Shown here piece after piece: positions 50,085-60,539 of a DNA stretch of 64,000 nucleotides. Origin of the DNA: an uncultured archaeon (lineage in GTDB: Archaea; Thermoproteota; Nitrososphaeria; Nitrososphaerales; Gagatemarchaeaceae); NCBI GenBank assembly GCA_963799775.1, contig CAWCYD010000002.1:128001-192000 (forward strand), given 5' to 3'. Each line of letters opens with the position of its first letter. The stretch's first letter is position 1. The notes beneath the pieces are model-generated. The model had not been told where the DNA came from. It searched no databases and worked only from the letters and a program-made list of their open reading frames with translations. A program made the translations under genes and the position numbers.

Positions 50085-50993
50085 ATGCCCGCGGACAAGC
50101 GAGGAGCCGGAGGCCTTCCCTCGGAGAGGCTGAGGAAACTCCTTGGTGGTAGGAAGGTCGTGGCGACCCCCGGCGTCTTCAACTCCGCCGTGGCCCTCCT
50201 CGCGGAAGACGCAGGCTTCGAGTGCCTCTACCTGTCCGGCGCGGCCTTCTCGAGCTCGATGGGCCTGCCCGACCTCGGAGTGACGACACTCTCGGAACTC
50301 GCGCAGCGGACGAGCGAGATTTCCTCTGCCGTCCCTTCGCTCCCGCTCATCGTGGACGTCGACACGGGGTTCGGCGAGGCAGTCAACGTCGCCCGGACCG
50401 TCCGCGAGATGGAGAGGGCAGGGGCCGCCGCCATCCAGATCGAGGACCAGGTCATGCCGAAGCGATGCGGACATCTGCGCGGGAAGCAGGTCGTCGAGCC
50501 CGAGGAGATGGCGAAGAAGCTCATCGCAGCCAGGGAAGCTGCAAAGACGGGGTTGGTGCTCATAGCAAGGACGGACGCTCGAGAGACCGAGGGGCTCGAA
50601 GGCGCTATCTCGAGGGCCCGGGTCTATCAAAAGGCAGGCGCAGACGTCATCTTCCCAGAGGCCCTTCGGTCGAAGGGGGAGTTCGCGGAGTTCGCCAAGA
50701 AGGTGGAAGGCCCTCTCCTCGCGAACATGACGGAGTTCGGCGTCACGCCCTACATCTCGGTGTCCGAGTTCTCGCGCCTCGGGGAAGGGTACAAGATTGT
50801 CATCTTCCCGGTGACTACCTTCCGGGTGGCGATGAAGGCGATGAGGGACGCCCTCAAGGACCTCGCGAGCTCGGGCACTCAGCGCGGTTTCCTTGGAAAG
50901 ATGATGACAAGGGAGGAGTTCTACGACCTCATAGACTACCGCTCTCTGGAAGCCTCGGACCGAGCCGTCGCTCGAAAGTCCAAGCGTCTCTGA
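50085..50993 (+). CDS. prpB: 2-methylisocitrate lyase
   Basis: YLSGA, GLPDLG, DVDTGFG, IEDQVMPKRCGH, ARTDA, ANMTEFGVTP. Confidence 0.92.
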   Translation: MPADKRGAGGLPSERLRKLLGGRKVVATPGVFNSAVALLAEDAGFECLYLSGAAFSSSMGLPDLGVTTLSELAQRTSEISSAVPSLPLIVDVDTGFGEAVNVARTVREMERAGAAAIQIEDQVMPKRCGHLRGKQVVEPEEMAKKLIAAREAAKTGLVLIARTDARETEGLEGAISRARVYQKAGADVIFPEALRSKGEFAEFAKKVEGPLLANMTEFGVTPYISVSEFSRLGEGYKIVIFPVTTFRVAMKAMRDALKDLASSGTQRGFLGKMMTREEFYDLIDYRSLEASDRAVARKSKRL

Positions 50994-51032
50994 TAACGAT
51001 TTAATATCTGGCAATTCCTTCCAGACCATCGA

Positions 51033-52157
51033 ATGGCAGAGATGCTCCGGGTCACGAAAGGCCTCGACGGGGTCGCGGTAGCGGACACTAACATCGCGAA
51101 GAGCGACGCCGACGGGACGCTCACTTACCGGGGCTACGCAATCAAGGACCTCTTCGAAAAGTCGACCTTCGAAGAGTCGACCTACCTGATACTCTACGGC
51201 AAGCTCCCGACGAAGAGGGAGCTGGACGACTTCACGGCGATGCTCCAGAGATACTCTCTCGTCCCCCACAACGTCTACGAGCTGGTGAAGGCGATCCCCC
51301 ACGAGGCGCACCAGATGGACGTCCTCAGGACCGCAGTCTCCGGGCTGGGCGCGACCGAGGGAGGGATCTCCTCGGAGGAGCAGAAGCTCTCGATAATCGC
51401 GCAGATGCCGACGCTCGTCGCCAACTGCTACAGGCTGAACCAGGGGATGGAGCCCGCCGAGCCGGACGCCTCGCTGAGCCTCTCGGCGAACTACCTCTAC
51501 ATGCTCACGGGGAAGAAGCCCACGCCGTTCGAGGCCTGGTGCTTGGAGAGGATGCTCATCCTCTACCTCGAGCACGACCTCAACGCCTCGGCCTTCACGG
51601 TCAGGGTCGTCGCCTCGACGCTCGCCGACATCTACTCCGCCTGCACCGCCGGCCTGGCCGCGTTGAAGGGGCCCCTCCACGGAGGTGCCAACGAGGCCGC
51701 GATGCAGATGCTGCTCAAGATAGGCACGGCCGACAACGCGAGGGCCTACGTCCAGGGAGCCCTCGCAAGGGGCGAGAAGATAATGGGGTTCGGACACAGG
51801 ATATACAAGACGGTCGACCCCCGGTCCCAGCTCGCGAAGAAGCTCCTCAGGGACCTGCTCGAGAAGCAGGGCAAGGGGCTCGAGACCTACAAGCTGTGCG
51901 AGGCGGTGGAGACCGCGGTCTGGGAGTTCAAGAAGCTCCCATCGAACGTGGACTTCTACGCGGCGCCGCTCTTCAGGAGCCTGGGGATCCCCATCCCGAC
52001 GTTCACCCCTATCTTCGCATCCAGCAGGACCGTGGGGTGGGTCGCACACTACAACGAGCAGCTGATGGACAACAGGATATACAGGCCCGACGCGATCTAC
52101 AAGGGAGAGAAGGGCCTCAACTACACGCCGATAGAGAGCAGGCGCGAGCTCGCCTAG
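51033..52157 (+). CDS. prpC: 2-methylcitrate/citrate synthase
   Basis: EHDLNASAF, KGPLHGGANE, GFGHRIYK, NVDFY; flanked by prpB and prpD. Confidence 0.85.
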   Translation: MAEMLRVTKGLDGVAVADTNIAKSDADGTLTYRGYAIKDLFEKSTFEESTYLILYGKLPTKRELDDFTAMLQRYSLVPHNVYELVKAIPHEAHQMDVLRTAVSGLGATEGGISSEEQKLSIIAQMPTLVANCYRLNQGMEPAEPDASLSLSANYLYMLTGKKPTPFEAWCLERMLILYLEHDLNASAFTVRVVASTLADIYSACTAGLAALKGPLHGGANEAAMQMLLKIGTADNARAYVQGALARGEKIMGFGHRIYKTVDPRSQLAKKLLRDLLEKQGKGLETYKLCEAVETAVWEFKKLPSNVDFYAAPLFRSLGIPIPTFTPIFASSRTVGWVAHYNEQLMDNRIYRPDAIYKGEKGLNYTPIESRRELA

Positions 52158-53528
52158 GGCTTCACGACCAACGCCGCGACCAGAGGCCCCACGTCCTCCC
52201 GCTTCTCGATGGTCCGCACGAAGCCCAGGACATTCCTGATCTGAGCCTCGGTCAGCTTGCCCTTCACCAGCTGCCTGAACTTTTTCTCGATCTCCTCATC
52301 GGTCATGGGGTTGCTAGGATGCCCTCTTGGCTCGTCGAACTGCTTGACGAGGAACCTCCCGTCCACCAACTTCACCTTAAGCCGGTTCGAGACCATCCCG
52401 GGGTAGTTCTTCGTGAGCTCCCTGTCTTCGTTCACGATTATCCTCTTCATGAACTCCCTGATGGCCGGGTCCCTGAGCTTCCCAGGCGCGTAGCTCCCGT
52501 TGTCGACCTTCCCTTCGATGAGCGCCATGGCGACGATGTATGGGAGACTGTGGTCGGCCGTCTCCCTGGTCTCGGGCGACCACTTCTCCGCGTCTTTCCC
52601 TAGGATGGAGTACGCGGCCTCGTGGGTCTCCACCGCGACGTGCGCGACCTTCTCCATCGGGTCGCCTTCGACCTGCTTCCTCAGGTCGAGCGCGGCCCAG
52701 ATCGCGGTCTGGGCGTGGTACTCCGCGGGGTAGAACTTGACGAAAGTGTCCTCGAGCTTGAACCTCTTCCCCTTCCCGCCGAACGAGGCTATGTCGAGGT
52801 AGAACCTCCCGGAGACCTGGTTGAAGAAACCCATGTCTCCTTCGAATACTGGAGAAGGCCCAGTGATGCCCTCGCGCGCGAGCAGTGCGGAGAAGACCGC
52901 ATTCCGTGAGGCGTTCGCGAAGGAGAAGCCCTTCCACATAGAGAGCTCCCCCGACCTGACCTGCCTCATGGCGAGGTGCGAGTTGAGGGAGATGTTGACC
53001 GCTTGGGCGAGCTCTTCCTTGGACAGGCCCAGGAGCTTCCCAGAAGCAAGGGCTACGGACACGAGGCCGTAGCAGACGTGGTCCCACCCCCGATGCCGGA
53101 TGTCTGCGGCGTCGCACAGCCTGCACTGGATCTCGTAGGCGAGGACCATTGCGAGGACCATCTCCTTGCCCGACCTGCCCTCCATCTCGGCCGCGGCGAT
53201 GCACGCGGGGATGTTGTCGCTTGGGTGCCCCGGCTCCTTGGAGAGGTAGGTGTCGTTGAAATCAAAATACCTCACCATCACCCCGTTGACGAAGGAGGCG
53301 ACATCGGGCGCCGTCTTCTTCCTGGTCCCGAGGATGGTAGCCGCTCTGCCGGGATACCCTCTCTCCGCGAACCGCCTGGCCGCCTTCACAGGCTTTTCGT
53401 CGAAAGCGCCGACCGCGCATCCCAGCGAGTCCAGGATCCTCTTCTTCGCCTCGGTAATCACGTTCTCGCTCAGGTTCCTCGTACCTCGTAGTCGCCACGT
53501 AGTCGGCGAGTCGTTCCGCGAGGTTCAC
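52154..53528 (-). CDS. prpD: 2-methylcitrate dehydratase (MmgE/PrpD), indel near 53475
   Basis: VRYFDFNDTY, GHPSDNI, GWDHV, GELSMWKG, RETADHSLPY. Confidence 0.92.
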
Positions 53529-54509
53529 CGCTTTCCCCTCCTTCCCCCGGCTTCCCTGCGCGAGCGACCGTGTCTCCTGTCGCCTCCGAGCAGTGCCAGG
53601 GCGGCATCGTTCGCGCTCAGCCTGTGGCTCGCCACACCGGCGGCAAGCCCGTCGACCCTCGAGGCCGCCCTTGCCTCGAGGTCCGTCAGGGCACTTCTTC
53701 CGCGCGAGCTCCGTTATCATCCCTCTGATGCTCCTGAGCCTGATGGCATCCCCTTCCTTCGAAGGGGAGGAGAGGAACGTAGTCCTGATCCTCTCGAGCC
53801 TCTCAACGACGTTCTCGATCCCCTCTCTCTTGGCCGCCGAGACCTTCAGGACCGAGGGGTTGCGCCCCTTCGCGTCCCTGGCCATCGCAAGCAGGTCGAC
53901 GACCATGTCGTCCGCCCCGGCGAGGTCCGCCTTGTTCACCACGTAGATGTCTCCTATCTCCATCAGCCCAGCCTTCGAGGCCTGGACGTCGTCTCCGATC
54001 CCGGGCATCAGGACCACCACCACGGCATGAGCGACCCTGACCACGTCCGTGTCAGACTGCCCTATGCCCACCGTCTCGACCATCACGACGTCCATGCCCG
54101 CCGCGTCGAGGACCTGGATGACATCGGCCACGGCCCCCGAGAGCCCCCCAGCCCAGCCTCGCGACGCCATGCTCCTGATGAACACCCCCTGGTCCATCGT
54201 GTGGTCGACCATCCTGATCCTGTCGCCCAGGAGCGCGCCTCCCGTCAAGGGGCTCGAGGGGTCGATGGCGACCACCCCGACCTTGAGGCCCTTCTTCCTA
54301 TAGATCTCTATGAACCTGTCCACGAGGCTGCTCTTCCCTGTCCCCGGAGGGCCCGTCACCCCGATGACGAAGGCGTGCCCGAGCTTTGGGCCTATCGCAC
54401 GGAGGAGGCCAGCCGCCCCTGCGCCGTCGTTCTCGGCCAGGGTGATCGCCTTCGCAACGGCCCTCCTGTCCCCCTTCTCCAGCTGGGCCGCGAGCTCCTT
54501 GGCGTCCAA
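53525..54509 (-). CDS. meaB: B12 mutase-associated GTPase MeaB (C-terminal indel)
   Basis: GPPGTGKSS, DPSSPLTGGALLGDRIRM, RSMASRG, ETVGIGQ, NKAD. Confidence 0.93.
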
Positions 54510-54552
54510 GTCGTGATACGCTTTGCCGTGCCGCCGCTCTCTCGAAATAAAC

Positions 54553-54970
54553 CTACGCATGCTGCGGCGCTTCTTCGTCGACCTTGTAGACATCGAGCCA
54601 GATGCCCTCGCACCCCTTGACGAAGGCGATGTGCCACTTGCCTTCGTGGAACGGGCCTATCGCCACGGGATACCCTGCGTCGGTGAGCCGCTTCAGCGTG
54701 CCGTCGAAGTCCTTGACCCGCAACCCCAAGTGGTCGAGCTGGTCCCCCTCTACGAACTTGGTCGCGTGAGGAGAGCCTGGGGCGTACCAGTTCAGCTCCA
54801 GATAGTGGTCTTCTCCCTCGTACCCGAGATTCGCGAACACCCCCTTGTTCCACTCCGCCTCGACCCTTGACTTGAGCGTCATCCCCAAGACCTCTGTGAA
54901 GAACTCGATCGCCTTATCGAGGTGCCCGCACCCGAAGACCCGTGTACCCGAACTTTATCCCGGAGTCCAT
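54553..54970 (-). CDS. VOC/glyoxalase I-like protein (N-terminal indel)
   Basis: YTG...AIEFFTEVLGM, LELNWY, GDQLDHLGLRV, GIWLDV. Confidence 0.75.
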
Positions 54971-55031
54971 TGGCTTCTGCCTTTCTCGAGGCCGAGACTC
55001 GTTTAGGCTTTTCCACGCGCCGCGAAGAGAT

Positions 55032-55746
55032 ATGACCGGGCTGGGACGAACTCCCACCCTACTTGGCAGGGTTTGCATGGCGGCTGGTTAACGGCTCCGC
55101 TGTCACGGACTTCTCTGACGGGCTCGTCGTGCAGGGCGGGCGTCCGGGGCTCCTCCGCCTCCTGGTGTGCCGAGCCGTAAGGCGAGCCGTCTCTCCCGGC
55201 GCCTTTGGCCTCCTTGGGCCGCTCGCGGCCGCCTGCACTTCCGAAGCGATCAGGAGGGACACGGGGATCATAAGCTGGCTTTACTGGCCGAACCTCGTCA
55301 CGATCGAGGGTCGTGCGGTCGCGAGGGCCTCGCTCTCCCACAAGGTGAGAGGCGTCCAGACGATATTCGACATCTCGGTTGACTGCTTCGCGGGCGAGGC
55401 GCCTGACTTCTCGCGCGGGCTCCGAGGCACCTCAATACGAGACGCCCTCGGGGTCGAGATAGACGTGGCCCTCCTCCGGGACAGGATACTCCACTCCCTG
55501 GACTGGTACTTCGCCGAATGGGAGAGGGGGATGCAGAGGAAGCTGGTCGACAGGATCCAGCCTACCATCTCCTGGCTGGGGGGCCAGGTGGAAGTGCTGA
55601 TGCTGGATGGCCGCCTCCTGCGGGGAACGGCAAAGGGGCTTGACGACGACGGGTCGCTTATGCTGGAGGAGCGCGACGGGAGAGGAGTACAGCACGCCCG
55701 CACCATCCACCCGATAGGCGTGGAGTTCGTCAGGCCGGTCAAATGA
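55032..55746 (+). CDS. degenerate biotin-protein-ligase-like protein
   Basis: [13 protein letters not shown] (canonical KWPND...GRK), [17 protein letters not shown]...[18 protein letters not shown]-terminal domain; no GRGR loop. Confidence 0.65.
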
Positions 55747-55777
55747 CGAAGCCCTCGTCGCAAGAACGCACACTTTT

Positions 55778-57569
55778 ATGAGGAACCTAGGTGGTGCCAT
55801 CTCCGTCAAGATGCTCTCTGGAGCCAGGGACCAGTACTGGGGAAAGAAGGCGAAAGAGGTCTCAGCGAGGCGGAGGAAGACCGCGTCGCTCTTCGACCGC
55901 ACGGCCCTACGGGACATGAAGGCGGGTTACGAGCGCTGGATGAAGGAGGTCTACTCCCCCTGGGTCGAGCAGTCTCCGCCGCTGAAGGAACGCTATGAGA
56001 CGGCATCCGGCATCCCCCTCAAGCCCATCTACACGCCGGACGACATCGCCTCGCTCCCGCAGTCTGAGCTCGCCATGCCGGGCGTCTTCCCATACACTCG
56101 GGGCGTCTACCCGTCCATGTACCGGGGAAGGCAGTGGACGATGAGGATGTTCTCTGGCTTCGGAACGCCGGAGGACACCAACAAGAGGCTCAAGCTCCTC
56201 CTTGCTCACGGAGAGACCGGACTCAGCGTCGCGTTCGACATGCCGACGCTCTACGGCGTTGACTGCGACTCGCAAAAGGCCCACGGCGAGGTCGGCAGGT
56301 GCGGGGTCAACGTCTCCTCACTGCGCGACATGGAGGCGATATTCGACGGCATCCCTCTGGACAAGGTCAGCACCTCGATGACAATCAACGCGCCCGCCGC
56401 CATCCTCACCGCGATGTACGCGGGAGTGGCGAAGGAGAGGGGGATTCCCCTCCAGTCCCTCAAGGGCACGGTGCAGGCAGACATGCTGAAGGAGTTTATC
56501 GCTCAGAAGGAGTGGGTCTACCCGCCCGAGGCGCACCTGAGGATAGTCAGGGACATGATGCTCTACTGCACGAAGCACATGCCGCAGTGGAACTACGTCA
56601 GCATCAGCGGATACCACATCCGGGAGGCAGGCTCCAGCGCCGTCCAGGAGCTGGCGTTCACCCTCGCGGACGGCTTCGGCCACGTGGAGCTAGGCATCGA
56701 GGCTGGGCTCAAGGTCGACGACTTCGCCCCTCGCCTGAGCTTCTTCTTCAACTCCACCATGGACTTCTTCGAGGAGATCGCAAAGTTCCGAGCCGCTAGG
56801 CGGATCTGGGCGACAGTCCTCCGCGAGAAGTACGGCGCGACGAAGGCTCGCAGCCTCCTGATGAGGTTCCACACCCAGACCTCGGGCGCCTCCCTCACGT
56901 GGCAGCAGCCCTACAACAACATCGTTCGGACGGCCCTCGAGGCGCTCGCCGCAGTCCTCGGCGGGGCCCAGTCCCTCCACACGAACTCCTACGACGAGGC
57001 CATGGCCCTCCCCACCGAGCACGCGGTGCAGGTAGCGCTCAGGATCCAGCAGATAATCGCCGAGGAGACGGGAGTGACTAGCGTGATGGACCCCCTCGGT
57101 GGCGCCTATTACGTCGAGTACCTGACCGAGAGGCTTGAGGAGGAGGCCTACCGCTACTTCGACAGGATAGAGCGCGCCGGCGGGATACTCGGAGCGATAA
57201 AGTCCGGATACCTCCAGCGCGAGATTGCTGAGAACTCTTACCGGCTCTCGAAGAGGGTCGAGACCGGGGAGGACGCGGTCGTCGGGGTCAACAAGTACAC
57301 ATCGAAAGACGAGGCGCAGATCACCACGCTGAAGATAGACTTCAAGGCCCAGCGCAAGCAGATTGAGCGGATCCGGCGGGTCAAGACCCAGCGCGACAAC
57401 CGCAAAGTGGGGGGCCCTGCTCGAGAAACTGCAAAGGGCCTACGAAGACCCCAACGCGAACTCCATGTATCCTCTGATTGATGCTGTCTCGGCATACGCG
57501 ACCCTCGGCGAGATCATCAACGTGGGGAAGGTCGTTTTTGGCTCGTGGAAAGAGCCAGTCCTGGTCTAG
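55778..57569 (+). CDS. icmA: B12-dependent acyl-CoA mutase large subunit, isobutyryl-CoA mutase type (indel near 57412)
   Basis: [59 protein letters not shown]. Confidence 0.8.
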
Positions 57570-57574
57570 GCGAG

Positions 57575-58162
57575 TCAGAACCCAAAGTCCGCAAAAAGCT
57601 TGCGGTGGTAGTTGTACAAGACCAGCTCGGGCCTCTCCTTGATCTTGACGATGGAGAGCGCCGCAGAATCCGGATGGATGACGTAGTATCTCTCGGTCTT
57701 GACTCTTCTCTCGACCACTCCCTCGAGCATGGCCGTTATCACGTCGCCGTGAGAGACCAGTATCACGTTCCCCCCGGCCTCCTTCCTGATGATCTCGACG
57801 GCCCTCGCGGTCCGGTCGAGGAGGTCTTCATTCGTCTCCGAGAAGGCCGCCGGGGTGGTCAGTATGTGGTGTCGCCCCTTCTTGCCAATGAATCTTGGCT
57901 TCAGTTTAGCCTCGGTCAACTCCTCTAGAATCCTCACCTTCAGCTTGTGCGGCTTGGCCAGAATCTTTGCCGTCTCGACCGCGCGAAACACAGGGCTGCT
58001 GTAGACCGCGTCGACCTTTGGCTTCGAGAGGGTCTTCGCTATGAATGCTGCGTCTTTCAGGCCTTTCTTGTTGAGTGGAAAGGCAAGCGGACCGGCGTCT
58101 ATCCCTTTCTCGTTGGCCTTGGTGTCCCCGTGCCTGACTATGAAGAGGTAGTCTACGGCCAT
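57575..58162 (-). CDS. histidine phosphatase family protein
   Basis: VRHGDT, SSPVFRAVETA, VSHGD. Confidence 0.9.
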   Translation of the reverse strand: MAVDYLFIVRHGDTKANEKGIDAGPLAFPLNKKGLKDAAFIAKTLSKPKVDAVYSSPVFRAVETAKILAKPHKLKVRILEELTEAKLKPRFIGKKGRHHILTTPAAFSETNEDLLDRTARAVEIIRKEAGGNVILVSHGDVITAMLEGVVERRVKTERYYVIHPDSAALSIVKIKERPELVLYNYHRKLFADFGF

Positions 58163-58203
58163 CGGCCCCCGTCACGTTGTCTTGTTATTTGAATTGAGCA
58201 TCG

Positions 58204-58323
58204 TCAGAGCAGCGCGTGCTCGTTCGTCATGTCAAGGTGCGCGTGCGAGCAATGCCTCTCCAGCTCCTCGTAAGAATCGAAAGCTTCGGGGCATGACATA
58301 CAGCCATATTCTTGTGCTGCCAT
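58204..58323 (-). CDS. C2H2 zinc-finger microprotein (39 aa, not in ORF track)
   Basis: MAAQEYGCMSCPEAFDSYEELERHCSHAHLDMTNEHALL matches Y-x-C-x2-C-x3-F-x5-L-x2-H-x4-H. Confidence 0.72.
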   Translation of the reverse strand: MAAQEYGCMSCPEAFDSYEELERHCSHAHLDMTNEHALL

Positions 58324-58457
58324 TGTATTTGCGCCGATTCGACCTCGTGACGGATTAAGTCCGTGACGCTAAACTCCCAAGTAACTTTCTTCCAGACCGT
58401 TCGCCCCCGCGATATGGAAACAAGTTTTTCTAATGGGCACCGTTGCTTCATCCAGCG

Positions 58458-58931
58458 ATGAACCAGCATGCCACCAACGAGAAGAGGAAGATACGGATAC
58501 TAGTGGCAAAGCCGGGCCTGGACGGTCACGACAGGGGCGTCCTCGTGCTCGCGAGGGCCTTCAGGGACGCTGGGATGGAAGTGATCTACATCGGGCTGCT
58601 ACCGAGCCCTGAGGAGGTCGCGAGGATGGCCGTCGACGAGGACGTCGACGTGGTCGCCCTCTCGCTCTTGAACGGCGCTCACATGACGGCCTTCCCCCAG
58701 GTGAAGAGGCTCCTCGACAAGTACGGAGGCAAGGACATCATCGTCACAGGGGGCGGCATCATTCCCGACGAGGACAAGCCGAGGCTCCTCAAGATGGGGA
58801 TCTCGGGCCTCTACGGCCCAGGCACCTCCCTCGAGGAGATAATCTCGCACATCAAGGAGCGGGTTAGGAAAGAACGCTGGGGCCCGCAGCAAGTCTCCGT
58901 CCAACCCTCTAGGACACGGTCCAAGAGCTAG
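58458..58931 (+). CDS. acyl-CoA mutase small (cobalamin-binding) subunit
   Basis: KPGLDGHDRG, SLLNGAH, GGGIIP, YGPGT. Confidence 0.93.
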   Translation: MNQHATNEKRKIRILVAKPGLDGHDRGVLVLARAFRDAGMEVIYIGLLPSPEEVARMAVDEDVDVVALSLLNGAHMTAFPQVKRLLDKYGGKDIIVTGGGIIPDEDKPRLLKMGISGLYGPGTSLEEIISHIKERVRKERWGPQQVSVQPSRTRSKS

Positions 58932-58964
58932 GCGGCCAGAGTCCTTCGGGAAGGCTGTCACCAA

Positions 58965-60471
58965 GTGTCAAGAAATTCTAGAAAGCGGAGAATCCGCATG
59001 CTCGGAGTCCTGCTCGTCGTCATCCTCGCCTCGGTCACCGTCGTCTACGTCTACCAGCAGCAGAACCCCCCGCCCAACTGCACCTCCCCTCTCGGTAACT
59101 CAAAGATACTCAGGACGACCCTCCCGGCGCCCACCGTCATAGGCGGGATCACGGAGTTCTCCCTCCCCGGTCCGCTTAGGAACCCGAACGCACCCGTGGT
59201 CGCCCCCGACGGCTCGGTGTGGTTCGGCGAGCAGGCCGTGGCAGGCATCGCGCACTTCTACCCGGGCAACATGGACCTTGGTGGAATACGCCTGGCCGTT
59301 CGACTACGCTACTCCGCCAAACACCGGCGGGGTCTGCGGTAACAAGAGCGACATCTGGGGGATAGCTCTCTGGGACGGCAAGGTCTGGGCGAGCGACACG
59401 ACAGGCAACCAGCTGGTGGGGCTGGACCCTTCGACGGGCCAGTTCTCCACGCTGAAGCTCGCGACGAGCAGCTCTTACCCCTACACGATGACGCCCGGCC
59501 CCAACAACACGCTCTGGTTCCCAGAACTCTTCAGCTCGAAGCTCGGGGAAGTGAGCTCTAACGGGACGCTCCACGAGTACTCCCTACCCGGAGGCCTAAA
59601 CGCCGCCCCGACGCAGGTCGTCTTCGCCAACTCCACGACAGGCTTCTATGACGACGTGGGGGAAGCCGGAGCGGCAAACGGCGGGATATACGAGTTCAAC
59701 GTAGACCACTTCGCCCCCGTCCTAGTGGGCGGCAAGGTCCTCAACGAGCCCTCCAGCATCACGCTGACGGGAGACTCGATGTGGGTCGCGCTCCACGGGT
59801 CATCCAGCGTGGGCAGCTACAACTTCACGACCAAGAGCTGGTCTTTCTACCCTACATCGTATGTCACATGGGACGGGAGCGCCGTGACCACGCTGCCCTA
59901 CTTCGTGAAGGCCAACGGCTCCGACATCTGGGTCAACGAGCACTACGGGAACAGAATGGCGCTGATCGACCCCTCGACTGGGTCTCTGGTCGAGTACTCG
60001 GAATCTAGTCACCCCGTGACGGGGAGCACGATCGTGAGCGCCCTGACCTTCGCCTTGGGCGACGGCAAGGCCTGGTTCACGATGTGGGCAGCCAACGGGC
60101 TCGGCTACGCGGACCCTACGTACTCCCCTGGCTTTTACACGTCCATCTCAGGGAACAACGCGGTGACGGTCATCCCCGGCTCTACCACGTCGACGACGCT
60201 CGTGGTCCACGACACCACCCACCAGGGAGCCCTGAACCTCACCTTCTCTGATTCGGAGGCGCTCGACTCCAAGCCTTCCAACCTCACGTTCAGCGTCCCG
60301 TCGGCCTCCGTGTCCCCACCGGCGGGAGGGCAATCCACGGTCAGCGTCTCCGTGACCGCCTCCGCCTCGCTGCAGCCAGGGACATACTGGGCGATCCTGA
60401 CGGCGACCGACGGCCTCACCTACGAGTCCTCTTTCCTCGAAATCGTCGTGACCTTGCCCACGGGCCCATGA
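58965..60471 (+). CDS. secreted Vgb-lyase-like beta-propeller with C-terminal Ig-like domain (indel near 59275)
   Basis: N-terminal TM, APDGSVWFGE, IWVNEHYGNRMA, VSVTASASLQPGTY. Confidence 0.75.
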
Positions 60472-60539
60472 GGTGACGCCTCCCCATTACGTGCAGAACC
60501 CGAAGGTGTATAACCCCGCACTTTTTCCGAGTTCTCGTT

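Noticed and set aside
50058-52049. Long antisense/overlapping ORFs (663 aa here and many similar)
   Set aside because: Shadow ORFs from high-GC codon bias opposite well-supported genes; no motifs.
53262-54593. Apparent MeaB-PrpD N-terminal fusion
   Set aside because: Indel artefact; prpD has its own GTG at 53528, overlapping the inferred meaB stop.
54553-54970. VOC gene beside meaB as methylmalonyl-CoA epimerase
   Set aside because: Lacks the typical HIGIAV/HHIA/VLIEL epimerase motifs, and an ICM-type mutase needs no epimerase; left as a generic VOC.
58165-58457. Cobalamin riboswitch upstream of the B12-binding subunit
   Set aside because: No B12-box consensus; the space is explained by the C2H2 microprotein and divergent promoters.
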